Below are positions 17,357-28,025 of a stretch of DNA of 56,042 nt, piece after piece (position 1 is the first letter of the stretch; the number at the start of each line of letters is the position of its first letter). The stretch is from contig CAYFZD010000003.1 of NCBI GenBank assembly GCA_964347565.1, positions 1-56,042 of the forward strand. Reading direction: 5' to 3'. Made by a program: the position numbers and the translations under genes. The notes beneath the pieces were generated by a model. That model ran no database searches, was not told where the DNA came from, and was given only the letters and a program-made list of their open reading frames with translations. Source of the DNA: an uncultured Pseudomonadales bacterium. GTDB taxonomy: Bacteria > Patescibacteriota > Microgenomatia > UBA1400 > UBA12108.

Positions 17357-19483
17357 ATGGCCATCGTCAAAACGCAAAACCGCCAGCTCGCCATGGACAA
17401 AATCCGCAACATCGGCATTATTGCCCACATCGACGCCGGCAAAACTACTACTTCTGAGCGCATCCTTTTCTACACTGGTAAATCCTACAAAATCGGCGAC
17501 ATCGACGACGGCAACACCCAGATGGACTGGATGGAGCAGGAGAAAGAGCGCGGGATCACGATCGTCTCCGCCGCGACCACCACTTTCTGGACTCCCGCCC
17601 TCCCCAAGGCTCTCTTTAGTGATCAGCATCGGATTAACCTCATTGATACTCCGGGCCATGTCGACTTTACCGCCGAGGTCGAGCGCTCCCTGCGGGTACT
17701 TGATGGTGGAGTCACCGTACTTGACGCCGAAGAAGGGGTTCAGTCCCAGTCCGAAACTGTCTGGCGCCAAGCTGACAAATACAAAGTTCCCCGCATTTGT
17801 TTCGTGAACAAAATGGACAAGATGGGGGCTGACTTCAAACATACCCTCAAAGATGTAGAGGAAAAACTCGGAGCCAAGACTGCCATTGTCACCTACCCCA
17901 TCGGGGCCGAAAACTCTTTTAAAGGTGTCGTCATGCTTCTGGAAGAGCAGTCCGTCATCTGGATGGGCGACGAAACAGGGGCAAAATACGAAGTAGGGGC
18001 CATTCCCGAGGACATGATCGAAGAAATCGCCAAGGAACGCGCCAAACTCATCGAGCAAATCTGTGAAACCGATGACATTCTACTTGAAAAGTATTTGAAT
18101 GGAGAAATCCCCACCTTGGTCGAGCTCAAAAAAGCTCTCCGCGCCGCTACTATCGCCTACAAGCTAGTGCCCATGTACTGTGGCACATCTCTGCGCAACA
18201 AAGGCGTCCAACCTCTCCTTGACGGTGTTGTGGACTATCTCCCTTCCCCCCTAGACGTGCCTCCTGCCGAAGGTAAAATTCCCGGGACCGACGAGGTCGC
18301 GACCCGTCGCCCTGACGTGAGTGAGCCTTTTGCCGGTCTCTCCTTCAAAATCCAAGCTGACCCCCATATCGGCAAGCTTACCTATGTCCGTATCTACTCT
18401 GGCAAAATCACGAGTGGTTCCTATATCTACAACGCCACTCGGGATAAGACCGAACGGGTCGGCCGCCTTGTCCTGATGCACGCCAATGACCGGGAAGAAG
18501 TTCCCGAGGCCATCGCCGGGGAAATCGTGGGTGTAGTAGGCATGAAAGATACAAGAACTGGTGACACACTTTGTGTTCCTGACTCTCCGATTGTGCTTGA
18601 GGGTATCTCTTTTGCCGAACCAGTCATCTCTCTCTCGATCGAGCCCAAAACCAAAGTCGATCAGGAGAAGATGGGTGTCGCGCTCTCGAGGCTTGCCGAG
18701 GAAGATCCCACTTTCAAAATCCGCTCCAATCAGGAAACTGGTCAAACCCTTATCGCCGGCATGGGCGAGCTCCATCTCGAGATCATTGTTGATCGCATGA
18801 AACGCGAGTTCGGGGTCGATGCCAACGTTGGCAATCCCCAAGTTGCTTACCGCGAGACGATCACGACCCCCGCACAGGCTGAAGGTAAATACATCAAGCA
18901 GTCTGGAGGTCGGGGTCAATATGGTCACTGTTATCTGCGTATTAAGCCCCTAGGTAGAGGGGAGGGCGTGACTTTTGTGAATTCGATAGTTGGTGGCACT
19001 ATCCCCAAGGAATTTATCGCTCCAGTCGAAAAAGGTGTCCGCGAAGCCCTCGAGAACGGCATTATCGCTGGATTCAACCTCGTTGATATCGAAGTCGAGC
19101 TCTATGATGGTTCTTACCACGACGTAGACTCGAGTGAGATCGCTTTCAAAATCGCCGGGAGCATGGCGATCCAGTCAGCTGTTCGTCAAGCTGGTCCCAT
19201 TATCTTAGAGCCCATCATGAAGCTCGAGATCACTACCCCCGAGGAATTCATGGGAGACGTGATCGGCGACATCTCCTCTAAACGCGGTCAGGTCTTGGGA
19301 ACCAGTCAGCGTGGCAACGTTCGCGTCATTAATGCTATTGTTCCCTTGTCGGAGCTTAGTCGCTATGTTACAATACTCCGTAGCATGTCCCAAGGACGCG
19401 CGAGTTCGTATATGGAGATGTCCCACTACGATCCCGTCCCCAGTAATATTGCTGAAAAAATTATAAACAAAGAAAACAAATAA
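17357..19483 (+). CDS. fusA: elongation factor G
   Basis: 708 aa; IGIIAHIDAGKTTTSERIL, INLIDTPGHVDF, NKMDK. Confidence 0.99.
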   Translation: MAIVKTQNRQLAMDKIRNIGIIAHIDAGKTTTSERILFYTGKSYKIGDIDDGNTQMDWMEQEKERGITIVSAATTTFWTPALPKALFSDQHRINLIDTPGHVDFTAEVERSLRVLDGGVTVLDAEEGVQSQSETVWRQADKYKVPRICFVNKMDKMGADFKHTLKDVEEKLGAKTAIVTYPIGAENSFKGVVMLLEEQSVIWMGDETGAKYEVGAIPEDMIEEIAKERAKLIEQICETDDILLEKYLNGEIPTLVELKKALRAATIAYKLVPMYCGTSLRNKGVQPLLDGVVDYLPSPLDVPPAEGKIPGTDEVATRRPDVSEPFAGLSFKIQADPHIGKLTYVRIYSGKITSGSYIYNATRDKTERVGRLVLMHANDREEVPEAIAGEIVGVVGMKDTRTGDTLCVPDSPIVLEGISFAEPVISLSIEPKTKVDQEKMGVALSRLAEEDPTFKIRSNQETGQTLIAGMGELHLEIIVDRMKREFGVDANVGNPQVAYRETITTPAQAEGKYIKQSGGRGQYGHCYLRIKPLGRGEGVTFVNSIVGGTIPKEFIAPVEKGVREALENGIIAGFNLVDIEVELYDGSYHDVDSSEIAFKIAGSMAIQSAVRQAGPIILEPIMKLEITTPEEFMGDVIGDISSKRGQVLGTSQRGNVRVINAIVPLSELSRYVTILRSMSQGRASSYMEMSHYDPVPSNIAEKIINKENK

Positions 19484-19516
19484 GGCTTGCCCTGAGCAAC
19501 GCCGAAGGGAGATTAT

Positions 19517-20731
19517 ATGGCAGACGCCGCTAAATACGTTCGCAACAAACCCCACATCAACATTGGCACCATCGGCCACGTCGACCACGGCAAAACGACC
19601 CTTACCGCCGCCATCACCTCTGTGCTCGCCAAAAAAGGTCTCGCCGTCGCCAAGTCTTACGCCGATATTGACTCAGCCCCCGAAGAGCGTCAGCGCGGTG
19701 TGACCATCAACCTCTCTCACCAGGAATACGAAACCGAGAAACGTCACTACGCCCACATCGATGCCCCAGGTCACGCTGACTACATCAAAAACATGATTAC
19801 TGGTGCCGCCCAGATGGACGGTGCTATTCTCGTCGTGGCCGCGACCGATGGTCCCATGCCACAGACCAGAGAGCACATTCTCCTTGCCAAGCAAGTTAAC
19901 GTTCCCAAACTCGTCGTGGCCCTCAACAAGTGCGACATGGTGGACGACGCCGAGCTCCTTGACCTAGTTGAGATGGAAATCCGCGATCTTCTCAAAAAAT
20001 ACGAATATCCCGGTGATGAAATCCCCATCGTGCGCGTCTCTGCACTCAAAGCCCTTGAGGGAGATGCTACCTGGGAAGCCAAGATCCAAGAGCTCATGGA
20101 CAAAGTGGATGAATACATCCCCACTCCCGAGCGCGATCTCGACAAGCCTTTCCTCATGCCAGTTGAAGATGTCTTCTCGATCAAAGGCCGCGGCACAGTC
20201 GCGACTGGTCGTATCGAAAGAGGTGTCGCCAAAATCGGCGAGGAAATGGAAATCGTCGGTATGGGTAAAGACAAGAAAACCGTCGTCACTGGAGTTGAAA
20301 TGTTCCGCAAGATGCTCGATCAGGGCCAAGCTGGCGACAACGTCGGCGTCCTCTTGCGCGGCGTAGAAAAAGACGATATCGAGCGCGGCCAAGTTATTGC
20401 CAAACCCGGCAGTATCAAGCCCCACACCGATTTCGAAGCCGAGGTTTACGTTCTTACCAAAGAAGAGGGTGGCCGTCACACTCCTTTCTTCTCCGGTTAC
20501 AAGCCTCAGTTCTACCTCCGCACTACTGACGTGACCGGCGACATCAAACTCCCCGAAGGAGTTGAGATGGTTATGCCTGGAGACAATGCCAAAATGACCG
20601 TTAAACTCATTGTCCCTGTCGCTATGGAAGAGGGTCTCCACTTTGCTATTCGCGAAGGTGGCAAGACTGTGGGCGCGGGTGTGATCACCAAGATCTTAGC
20701 CGATACCAAAGTCGAAGCTAAGAAAAAATAA
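19517..20731 (+). CDS. tuf: elongation factor Tu
   Basis: 404 aa; [48 protein letters not shown]. Confidence 0.99.
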   Translation: MADAAKYVRNKPHINIGTIGHVDHGKTTLTAAITSVLAKKGLAVAKSYADIDSAPEERQRGVTINLSHQEYETEKRHYAHIDAPGHADYIKNMITGAAQMDGAILVVAATDGPMPQTREHILLAKQVNVPKLVVALNKCDMVDDAELLDLVEMEIRDLLKKYEYPGDEIPIVRVSALKALEGDATWEAKIQELMDKVDEYIPTPERDLDKPFLMPVEDVFSIKGRGTVATGRIERGVAKIGEEMEIVGMGKDKKTVVTGVEMFRKMLDQGQAGDNVGVLLRGVEKDDIERGQVIAKPGSIKPHTDFEAEVYVLTKEEGGRHTPFFSGYKPQFYLRTTDVTGDIKLPEGVEMVMPGDNAKMTVKLIVPVAMEEGLHFAIREGGKTVGAGVITKILADTKVEAKKK

Positions 20732-20777
20732 CTTAAAGATACTATTTCTCGCTCATGAGTTTCCCTCATAGAGCAAA

Positions 20778-20811
20778 AGTGCCGAGCCTTACAGTAGTAA
20801 GACTCGGCACT
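20778..20811 (+). terminator. stem-loop AGTGCCGAG..CTCGGCACT between tuf and rpsJ
   Basis: 9-bp perfect outer stem plus 4-bp inner stem; followed by TTATATACTT, which is not a clean U-tract. Confidence 0.45.
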
Positions 20812-20839
20812 TATATACTTAACTACAAAAGGTATACAT

Positions 20840-21148
20840 ATGGCTACCAGTCGCATCAGAGTCAAACTCAAATCTTTTGACCATCGCGTCATCGACGAAG
20901 CGGCCCAAAAGATCGTCGACACAGCCCTAGCCACCGGTGCTAGTATTGTCGGTCCCGTTCCCTTGCCCACTAGGCGCAAGTTGATGGTTGTCTTGACTAG
21001 TCCTCACGTCGACAAGAACGCACGCGAGCATTTCCAAATTTTGACCCACAAACGTTTAATTGATATCGAGAAGCCCACAGGCAAAACGATTGACTCACTC
21101 ATGCATCTAGAGCTCCCAGCAGGTGTAGGTATTGAAGTGAAAATGTAA
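20840..21148 (+). CDS. rpsJ: 30S ribosomal protein S10
   Basis: 102 aa; [21 protein letters not shown]. Confidence 0.98.
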   Translation: MATSRIRVKLKSFDHRVIDEAAQKIVDTALATGASIVGPVPLPTRRKLMVVLTSPHVDKNAREHFQILTHKRLIDIEKPTGKTIDSLMHLELPAGVGIEVKM

Positions 21149-21155
21149 GGATGAT

Positions 21156-21830
21156 ATGACCACAATAATCTACGGTAAAAAAATAGAAATGGGAGAAGCC
21201 TATGTGGATGGCACCCGTCGCGCTGCCACCAAAATTGCCTTAATGCCCATGACTGTGACACAATTAAAGACAGTCGAAAAAGACGGCTACGCGAGCATCC
21301 AAGTAGGCTTTGGTGCTCCCAAGAAACATTCCAAGGCCAAAGTAGGCAAGAATCGCGAATTCACTTTTGAACCTGAACTCACGCTCGGCTCTATCATCAA
21401 TCCTCAAGATGTAGTAAAGGTCGGTTCTATCTGTCAGATCCAGGGTACTTCCAAAGGCAAGGGGTTCGCTGGTGTTGTAAAACGCTGGAATTTTGCGGGG
21501 GGTCCCCGTACCCACGGTCAATCTGATCGTTTGCGTGCCCCTGGCTCCATTGGTCAGGGCACAACTCCCGGCCGCGTCCATAAAGGCAAAAAGATGCCCG
21601 GTCGCATGGGTTCTGATACTGTTTCGGTCAAAAAGGCTGTTGTTCTCTCAATCGGCGACGACAATATAGTATGGGTTACTGGCCCAGTGCCAGGAGCCAG
21701 ACACTCTCTAGTACGTCTTGAAGTCATGGATCAGACAGATCTAGGTACTCTCTCCTACATCTCGGGAGGACTCCTCCTCAAAAAAGAAGAACCAGTTATA
21801 GATACTCCTACTCAAGAGGTGGAATCGTAA
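21156..21830 (+). CDS. rplC: 50S ribosomal protein L3
   Basis: 224 aa; GTSKGKGFAGVVKRWNFAGGPRTHGQS. Confidence 0.98.
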   Translation: MTTIIYGKKIEMGEAYVDGTRRAATKIALMPMTVTQLKTVEKDGYASIQVGFGAPKKHSKAKVGKNREFTFEPELTLGSIINPQDVVKVGSICQIQGTSKGKGFAGVVKRWNFAGGPRTHGQSDRLRAPGSIGQGTTPGRVHKGKKMPGRMGSDTVSVKKAVVLSIGDDNIVWVTGPVPGARHSLVRLEVMDQTDLGTLSYISGGLLLKKEEPVIDTPTQEVES

Positions 21831-21831
21831 T

Positions 21832-22458
21832 ATGAATATTCCTGTATACGACCTAAAGGGCAAATCAGCCGGCAACTGGAAAGTCGAAGACAAGGCTTTT
21901 GGCACAGCCAACAGTGCCATTTTATCCCAAGCTCTGCGTGTATATACCTCTAATTCCCACCAAAAAACCCACAAAGTTCTGACCCGTGGAGAAGTAAACG
22001 GCTCCACCCGAAAAATCTATCGCCAAAAAGGCACGGGGAATGCTAGGCACGGCGCCAAATACGCTCCTATTTTTGTGGGTGGTGGTATTGCCCATGGCCC
22101 CACCGGCGTCAGACCAGAAAACATGGTTCTACCCAAAGCAATGCGCCGCCGGGCACTCGCGGCCGCCATGCAAGTCAAGCTCGCCGACAAAGCAATCTCT
22201 GGTCTCACGGGCCTCAAAGATTTTACTGGTAAGACTGCTCAGATTGCTCAACTACTCCAAACTGCCGCCTCTCACCCTACCCACTCTGTGCTCGTGCTTA
22301 CCGACGGTCGCGCGACCTCGCTATATCTCTCGCTCAGTAACCTCCAAGGAGTCAGCATGAAACGCGCGAGTCTCGTCAATGCCTATGATTTGATCGCCGC
22401 TGACCATCTCTTGCTGACCAAAAAAGCTTTATCCACCCTTACCGAGCGCACCATATGA
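21832..22458 (+). CDS. rplD: 50S ribosomal protein L4
   Basis: 208 aa; RQKGTGNARHGAKYAPIFVGGGIAHGP. Confidence 0.97.
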   Translation: MNIPVYDLKGKSAGNWKVEDKAFGTANSAILSQALRVYTSNSHQKTHKVLTRGEVNGSTRKIYRQKGTGNARHGAKYAPIFVGGGIAHGPTGVRPENMVLPKAMRRRALAAAMQVKLADKAISGLTGLKDFTGKTAQIAQLLQTAASHPTHSVLVLTDGRATSLYLSLSNLQGVSMKRASLVNAYDLIAADHLLLTKKALSTLTERTI

Positions 22459-22742
22459 CTATAATCAAACCAGTTATTACCGAGAAATCTATGTATAACG
22501 CCACTCGTGGTCTCTATACTTTCTCAGTTCTACCCCTCGCCAGTAAATCACAGATCAGGGAAGCGATCGAAACTTCTTTCAAAGTCCACGTTGTGGACAT
22601 CAATTCCTCTCTGCGTCATGTCCCAGGCAAGTCCACGGGTAGCAAGCGCTTACAGGGTAATCCTAGCAAAGCCAAATTTGCTACTGTCCGCCTCAAAAAA
22701 GGTGAAACCATTGATTTATTTGATCTGAAGGAAAGCAAATAA
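22455..22742 (+). CDS. rplW: 50S ribosomal protein L23
   Basis: 95 aa; position in S10 cluster; IKPVITEKS, KFATVRLKKGETI. Confidence 0.95.
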   Translation: MTIIKPVITEKSMYNATRGLYTFSVLPLASKSQIREAIETSFKVHVVDINSSLRHVPGKSTGSKRLQGNPSKAKFATVRLKKGETIDLFDLKESK

Positions 22743-22743
22743 T

Positions 22744-23571
22744 ATGCTCAAAGCTCGCAAACCAACCTCCGCCGGCGTCCGCCATCAAGTAACATTCGAT
22801 CGGGGACTCACAACTTCCTCGCCTGAGAAATCCTTGACTTCACCCCACAAACAAAACTCTGGGCGTAATAACCATGGTCATGTCACCACTCGCCATCGGG
22901 GAGGCGGAGAAAAACGACGTTATCGCATAATTGACTACAAGCGCAATAAGCCTGGGGTCGAAGCCCGTGTAGTCTCGATAGAATATGATCCAGGTCGCTC
23001 CGCCAATATTGCTCTTCTCTACTATCGTGACGGAGAAAAGCGCTACATCCTCGCCCCCGACGGTCTCACCGTCGACATGTTGATCGTTTCTGGACCAGAC
23101 GTTGAACCCAAAGTAGGCAACGCGCTCCCCCTCAAAAAGATCCCCATCGGCCTCCCGATCCACAATCTCGAGCTCAAATCCGGTCGCGGTGGCCAAATCG
23201 TCCGCTCTGCTGGCACCATCGCCATGATTCAATCTCGTGAGGCTGGTTTTGCGACAGTCAAGCTCCCCTCCGGCGAAGTTCGATTGATAAAAGAGGAATG
23301 TTTTGCTACAATCGGCCAGGTCTCTAATCTGGAACATAAGAACCGTAAAATCGGCAAAGCCGGTCGTCGCCGTCATATGGGTTGGCGACCTTCTGTGCGT
23401 GGTATTGCCCAGCATCCAGGTAGCCATCCACACGGTGGGGGAGAAGGTAGGTCAGGTATCGGTATGCCAGGCCCCAAGACTCCCTGGGGTAAGCCAGCCT
23501 TAGGCAAAAAGACTAGAGGGAGATACAAGTACTCTAATAAATATATTATTAAAGATCGGAGAGTCAAATAA
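22744..23571 (+). CDS. rplB: 50S ribosomal protein L2
   Basis: 275 aa; GRNNHGHVTTRHRGGGEKRRYR, HPHGGGEGRS. Confidence 0.99.
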   Translation: MLKARKPTSAGVRHQVTFDRGLTTSSPEKSLTSPHKQNSGRNNHGHVTTRHRGGGEKRRYRIIDYKRNKPGVEARVVSIEYDPGRSANIALLYYRDGEKRYILAPDGLTVDMLIVSGPDVEPKVGNALPLKKIPIGLPIHNLELKSGRGGQIVRSAGTIAMIQSREAGFATVKLPSGEVRLIKEECFATIGQVSNLEHKNRKIGKAGRRRHMGWRPSVRGIAQHPGSHPHGGGEGRSGIGMPGPKTPWGKPALGKKTRGRYKYSNKYIIKDRRVK

Positions 23572-23856
23572 ATGAGCCGCAGTAGCACCAAAGGCCCCTA
23601 CATCGATGAAAAGCTCTTGGCGAAAGTCATGAAAGCTGGTACGACTGGTGCGAAAATGCCTATCAAGACCTGGGCCAGAGACTGCACCATTCCCCCAGAA
23701 TTTGTCGGGCACACTTTTTTGGTTCACAACGGCCGCGTTCACAAAGAAGTATTTGTCTCCGAAGGCATGGTTGGACACAAACTCGGAGAATTCTCCTTAA
23801 CTCGCACCTTCCATGGCCATGGCAAGATCGTTAAACGTACGCTGACCAAAACCTAA
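23572..23856 (+). CDS. rpsS: 30S ribosomal protein S19
   Basis: 94 aa; [38 protein letters not shown]. Confidence 0.98.
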   Translation: MSRSSTKGPYIDEKLLAKVMKAGTTGAKMPIKTWARDCTIPPEFVGHTFLVHNGRVHKEVFVSEGMVGHKLGEFSLTRTFHGHGKIVKRTLTKT

Positions 23857-23862
23857 AAAATT

Positions 23863-24207
23863 ATGAAAACTATTCAAAAATACATCCGCACTAGTCCCCG
23901 CAAGCTCCGTCTTGTGGCTGATGCGGTCCGCGTCCTCTCGCCAGAGCAGGCCCTGTTGCACCTCAAGTTCATGGACAAATCGGCGAGTGAACCACTCTCT
24001 AAAGCCATCAAACAAGCCGTCGCCAACGCCAAAGATCAGACTGGGCTCGAAGTGAGCAAACTGGCTTTCAAAACCATTGACATCATGTCTGGTCCTACCT
24101 ACAAGAGATTCCAGGCAGTCTCTCGTGGCATGGCACACTCCATCATGAAGCGCACTTCTCATATTCGCGTTGAGCTAAAGGAGGCTAGCCGTGGGCCAAA
24201 AAGTTAA
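23863..24207 (+). CDS. rplV: 50S ribosomal protein L22
   Basis: 114 aa; IRTSPRKLRLVADAVR, RAMGRA-like SRGMAHSIMKRTSHI. Confidence 0.96.
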   Translation: MKTIQKYIRTSPRKLRLVADAVRVLSPEQALLHLKFMDKSASEPLSKAIKQAVANAKDQTGLEVSKLAFKTIDIMSGPTYKRFQAVSRGMAHSIMKRTSHIRVELKEASRGPKS

Positions 24208-24841
24208 CCCTCTCAGCTTCCGCTTAGGCATTTTGTACAAACCTTCCTCCAGATGGTTTGCGCCCAAACGCGAATACCAGGATTTGGTCCTGGCCGACAT
24301 CAAGCTCAAGAAATTTATTTTCAACAGGCTTCACTTGGCGGGTATAGTCGAGGTAGTGATCGAGCGTTCACCCAACTCTATCAAAATCATTATCCACGCC
24401 GGTCGTCCCGGTGTGATCATCGGTCGGGGTGGCTCCAATCTAGAAGTTCTCAAGAAAGAACTCGAAGCATTTCTTAAAACTATCGGCGCTGGTGTTTCCA
24501 CCAAATTCCAGCTCGACGTCGTGGAGGTCAAGAACCCCGATCTCTCTGCCAAGCTCGTAGGTGAGCGCATCGCCGAACAACTCATCAAACGCTACCCTCA
24601 TCGCCGCGCCATCTCTCAAGCTCAAGAGCGGGTCATGGCCGCCGGTGCCAAAGGAGTGAAGATCCAAATTTCTGGTCGCATTGGTGGGGCGGAAATTGCT
24701 CGCTCAGAGAAATATCCTATGGGTACTATTCCCACCCAGACCTTGCGCTCCGACATCGACTACGCCAAAATTCCCGCCCTTACCCGTTCTGGCTATGTCG
24801 GGCTTAAAGTGTGGATTTATAAAGGGGAAGCAGTACTATGA
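24191..24841 (+). CDS. rpsC: 30S ribosomal protein S3
   Basis: 216 aa; GTG start; GQKVNPLSFRLG, KH domain GRPGVIIGRGG. Confidence 0.98.
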   Translation: MGQKVNPLSFRLGILYKPSSRWFAPKREYQDLVLADIKLKKFIFNRLHLAGIVEVVIERSPNSIKIIIHAGRPGVIIGRGGSNLEVLKKELEAFLKTIGAGVSTKFQLDVVEVKNPDLSAKLVGERIAEQLIKRYPHRRAISQAQERVMAAGAKGVKIQISGRIGGAEIARSEKYPMGTIPTQTLRSDIDYAKIPALTRSGYVGLKVWIYKGEAVL

Positions 24842-25251
24842 TGCAGCCAAAAAAATCCAAATTTCGCAAAGAGTTTAGAGGAACTATGGGAGGGGTCGCC
24901 ACTCGTGCCACTACCGTTGCTTTTGGCGATTTTGGTCTCAAAGTCATCGAGAGTTCTTGGGTCACCGCCGCCCAGATCGAGGCAGCCAGGCGCACCATTA
25001 CCCACCACACTAAACGTGGGGGCAAACTGTGGCTGCGCATTTTCCCTCACAAGCCCCTCACCCACAAAGCCGCCGGGAGCAAAATGGGCTCAGGTAAAGG
25101 CGATATTGACAAATATACTGCCGTCGTCAAACGCGGCACCGTTGTCTTTGAGTTGGGGTCTACTGATGAAGCCACTGCCCGCGAAGCCTTCCGCAAGGCG
25201 GCCTCAAAGTTACCCATTCTTACTCGCTTTGTCATCAGGGGGGCGATATGA
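24838..25251 (+). CDS. rplP: 50S ribosomal protein L16
   Basis: 137 aa; MQPKKSKFRKEFRG, RIFPHKPLT.K...KMGSGKG. Confidence 0.98.
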   Translation: MMQPKKSKFRKEFRGTMGGVATRATTVAFGDFGLKVIESSWVTAAQIEAARRTITHHTKRGGKLWLRIFPHKPLTHKAAGSKMGSGKGDIDKYTAVVKRGTVVFELGSTDEATAREAFRKAASKLPILTRFVIRGAI

Positions 25252-25457
25252 AACTGAGAAAAAATGACTATCAAGAATTACGCAAAGGTGGACTCAAGGC
25301 TATTGAGGCCAAACTATCTGAGCTCTCTGGTGAGTTAATTAAAATCAAATTATTAAAGATGAAAAACGAACTCAAAAATCTTCGTGAGGCAGGACTCACC
25401 AAAAGAGCCATCGCCACTCTCAAGACCATTCGAGCCGAACTAAAGGAGTCAAAGTGA
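25248..25457 (+). CDS. rpmC: 50S ribosomal protein L29
   Basis: 69 aa; helical, Lys/Glu-rich; conserved position between rplP and rpsQ. Confidence 0.9.
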   Translation: MKLRKNDYQELRKGGLKAIEAKLSELSGELIKIKLLKMKNELKNLREAGLTKRAIATLKTIRAELKESK

Positions 25458-25687
25458 AAAAACTGATCGCTACAGTCATCTCCGCCAAACTGGAAAAAAG
25501 CGCTGTGGTCGTGGTAGAGACTTCCTTCTCTCACCCGCTCTATACCAAACTGGTCAGACGTAGCAAAAAATATCTCGTCCAAAACGACGTCAAAGCTGTA
25601 GCAGGCAACCAAGTTGAGATTCAAGAAACTCGCCCGCTCTCTGCGCGCAAACGCTTTACTATTACCAAAATTATTAAAAAGATATGA
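25454..25687 (+). CDS. rpsQ: 30S ribosomal protein S17
   Basis: 77 aa; GTG start; [36 protein letters not shown]. Confidence 0.95.
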   Translation: MKKLIATVISAKLEKSAVVVVETSFSHPLYTKLVRRSKKYLVQNDVKAVAGNQVEIQETRPLSARKRFTITKIIKKI

Positions 25688-26055
25688 TCCAATTACGCTC
25701 AGTTTTACTCTCAGCCGATAATTCAGGTGCTCACCGCCTCAAAGTTATTCATGTCCACGGAGGTTCTACTCGTCGCTTTGGTTATATTGGCGACATGGTG
25801 ACCGCCGTCGTAGACCAGGCAGATCCAGGTGGTGTCGTAAAAGACTCACAGGTTGTTAAAGCTATCATTGTTCGTACCCGCAAAGAGACCCGTCGCAGTG
25901 ACGGCACCTACGTTCGCTTTGACGACAACGCCGCCGTGATCATCGATGAAAAAACTGGTGAGCCACTGGCTTCACGCGTGTTTGGCCCAATTGCCCGAGA
26001 AGTCAAAGAGCGTGGTTTTGCCAAAATAGCATCACTTGCACCGGAGGTACTCTGA
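25684..26055 (+). CDS. rplN: 50S ribosomal protein L14
   Basis: 123 aa; [23 protein letters not shown]-type [16 protein letters not shown]. Confidence 0.98.
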   Translation: MIQLRSVLLSADNSGAHRLKVIHVHGGSTRRFGYIGDMVTAVVDQADPGGVVKDSQVVKAIIVRTRKETRRSDGTYVRFDDNAAVIIDEKTGEPLASRVFGPIAREVKERGFAKIASLAPEVL

Positions 26056-26056
26056 T

Positions 26057-26314
26057 ATGAAAAAATTTAAAAAAGGCGATATCGTGCTCGTGACCGGCGG
26101 AAAAGACAAAGGCAAAACGGGCGAGATTATGAAAGTCATCCCCAAGGATGACACCGTCATTGTTAAAGGTGCCAATATGTACAAACGCCATGTCAAACCT
26201 ACCCAAAATACAAAAGGGGGCATGGTAGCGCGGGAGCGCGCGCTCTCAACAGGCAAGATCAGTCACGTCCAAGATGGGCAGCAAGTACGCTTTAGCCAGA
26301 GGAAAAAGATATGA
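26057..26314 (+). CDS. rplX: 50S ribosomal protein L24
   Basis: MKKFKKGDIVLVTGGKDKGKTGEI KOW motif; ATG at 26057 just after the rplN stop; the track start at 26036 is an overextension. Confidence 0.95.
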   Translation: MKKFKKGDIVLVTGGKDKGKTGEIMKVIPKDDTVIVKGANMYKRHVKPTQNTKGGMVARERALSTGKISHVQDGQQVRFSQRKKI

Positions 26315-26871
26315 CAATAATCGACGCCAATCTAAAAACCAGGTTCGAGACTGATTACCGCCCTCGCCTCATGCAAGAGCTGGGTCTAGCGAACGTTTTT
26401 GCCACGCCTCGCCTTACCAAAATCGTTCTCAATGTCGGCATCCCCAAGTCCGATACCTCGACAAAAGACGTCGAAGTAGTTCGTCACGAGCTCACTGCCT
26501 TGACGGGTCTCTTGCCCAAAGTGGGTGGCGCCAAACAGTCGATTGCTGGGTTTAAGATCCGTGCAGGAGACCCTGTCGGGGTCTCAGTAACACTTCGCGG
26601 TGTCAAAATGTTTGATTTCCTCGATAAATTGTGTAGAATAGTGCTTCCGCAAGTCAAAGATTTTCGGGGCGTCAAAACTACCTCTTTTGACGGGCACGGC
26701 AACTACACGCTCGGTCTCTCGGAGCAAATCATCTTTCCCGAGATTGAGTATGCGAAGACTGAGAAAATTCATGGTTTGGAAGTTGTCATCGTGACAACCG
26801 CGGGCCGTGATGATCATGCTCGTGCTCTCTTAAAAATACTCGGCATGCCTTTTGAAAAGGCGGACAAATAA
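26311..26871 (+). CDS. rplE: 50S ribosomal protein L5
   Basis: 186 aa; FDGHGNYTLGLSEQIIFPEI. Confidence 0.98.
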   Translation: MTIIDANLKTRFETDYRPRLMQELGLANVFATPRLTKIVLNVGIPKSDTSTKDVEVVRHELTALTGLLPKVGGAKQSIAGFKIRAGDPVGVSVTLRGVKMFDFLDKLCRIVLPQVKDFRGVKTTSFDGHGNYTLGLSEQIIFPEIEYAKTEKIHGLEVVIVTTAGRDDHARALLKILGMPFEKADK

Positions 26872-26873
26872 AT

Positions 26874-27059
26874 ATGGCCAGAAAAGCACTCATCAAACGC
26901 AGTTTACTCAAGCCCAAGTTTAGCACGCGTGCTCATGCTCGCTGCAAACTCTGTGGTCGTGGCAAATCATATATGCGCCATTTTGGCATGTGCCGTCTGT
27001 GTTTTCGCGACGCCGCCCAAAAGGGCAATCTACCTGGAGTTACCAAAGCCAGTTGGTAA
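26874..27059 (+). CDS. rpsN: 30S ribosomal protein S14, zinc-binding type Z
   Basis: 61 aa; CKLCGR..CRLCFR. Confidence 0.97.
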   Translation: MARKALIKRSLLKPKFSTRAHARCKLCGRGKSYMRHFGMCRLCFRDAAQKGNLPGVTKASW

Positions 27060-27066
27060 ATATATT

Positions 27067-27462
27067 ATGATTAACGACCACATCTCAGACATGATCACCC
27101 GCATCCACAACGCCTACATGGTGCACAAGAAAACTGTCACTATGCCACACACCAAAGTAGTCAAAGCGATCGCACAGGTCATGTTGGAGGAGAAATATCT
27201 GACCAAAGTCGAGGAAGTAGTCGAGACAGGTCAGCACAAAGTCCTCAAATTGACTCTTTCCTATAAAAACGATGCACCCGCCATCTCTAGTATCAAACGT
27301 GTTTCCAAACCAGGCGTTCGCATCTACCGTCCCCTCCACAACTTCAAGCCTGTTCTCTCTGGGTTAGGTATCTCCATCCTCAGTACCTCTAAGGGGATTC
27401 TTTCAGATCGCAGTGCCAAACTTAACAAAGTAGGAGGTGAAGTTCTCGCCGAACTTTGGTAA
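27067..27462 (+). CDS. rpsH: 30S ribosomal protein S8
   Basis: MINDHISDMITRIHNAY start; GISILSTSKGILSD; the track ORF from 26929 overlaps rpsN and is an overextension. Confidence 0.97.
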   Translation: MINDHISDMITRIHNAYMVHKKTVTMPHTKVVKAIAQVMLEEKYLTKVEEVVETGQHKVLKLTLSYKNDAPAISSIKRVSKPGVRIYRPLHNFKPVLSGLGISILSTSKGILSDRSAKLNKVGGEVLAELW

Positions 27463-27468
27463 ATATTT

Positions 27469-28020
27469 ATGTCAAAAATTGGTCGACTCCCTATCACGAT
27501 ACCCTCTGGCGTAACCCTGACAATCAAGGATAACCTCGTGGTCGTCAAAGGACCAAAAGGTGAGTTGAGCTACCAGGTGAAACCCAAGATTGAGCTCAAG
27601 TTAGACGCAGACATCCTCACCATCACTCGTAGTAGCGAAGACAAGTCAGTCCGTGCTCTCCACGGCTTGACTCGGGCACTTCTATCCAACATGGTCACAG
27701 GCGTTAGTACAGGCTTTACCAAAAATCTCGAACTCGTGGGGACTGGGTATCGCGCCCGTATGTCAGGCTCTAACATCATTCTCTCTCTAGGCTACTCCCA
27801 CGAAATTGAGTATGCCGCTCCTCCTGGTATTACCCTCAAAGTCGAAAACACTAACCTGATCACCGTGACAGGATTCGACATCCAGGCCGTGGGTCAAGCT
27901 GCCGCCGTCATCCGCTCATACCGTAAACCCGAGCCATACAAAGGGAAGGGAATCCGCTACGCAGGAGAAGTTGTGCGTAGGAAAGCCGGCAAAGCCGCCA
28001 AAGCTGCTGCCGCCACATAA
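27469..28020 (+). CDS. rplF: 50S ribosomal protein L6
   Basis: 183 aa; SKIGRLPITIPSGV, YRKPEPYKGKGIRY. Confidence 0.98.
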   Translation: MSKIGRLPITIPSGVTLTIKDNLVVVKGPKGELSYQVKPKIELKLDADILTITRSSEDKSVRALHGLTRALLSNMVTGVSTGFTKNLELVGTGYRARMSGSNIILSLGYSHEIEYAAPPGITLKVENTNLITVTGFDIQAVGQAAAVIRSYRKPEPYKGKGIRYAGEVVRRKAGKAAKAAAAT

Positions 28021-28025
28021 AGACT

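Noticed and set aside
26929-27066. N-terminal extensions of track ORFs: rpsH from 26929, rpsE from 28315, rplO from 28850, rpsI from 36084, ruvX from 5627, mltG from 6170, rplX from 26036, DUF4446 from 50569 and tgt from 17281
   Set aside because: The extensions overlap the preceding gene and add non-homologous residues. Internal ATGs sit right after the upstream stop, or at the proper promoter or Shine-Dalgarno spacing, and they restore canonical N-termini.
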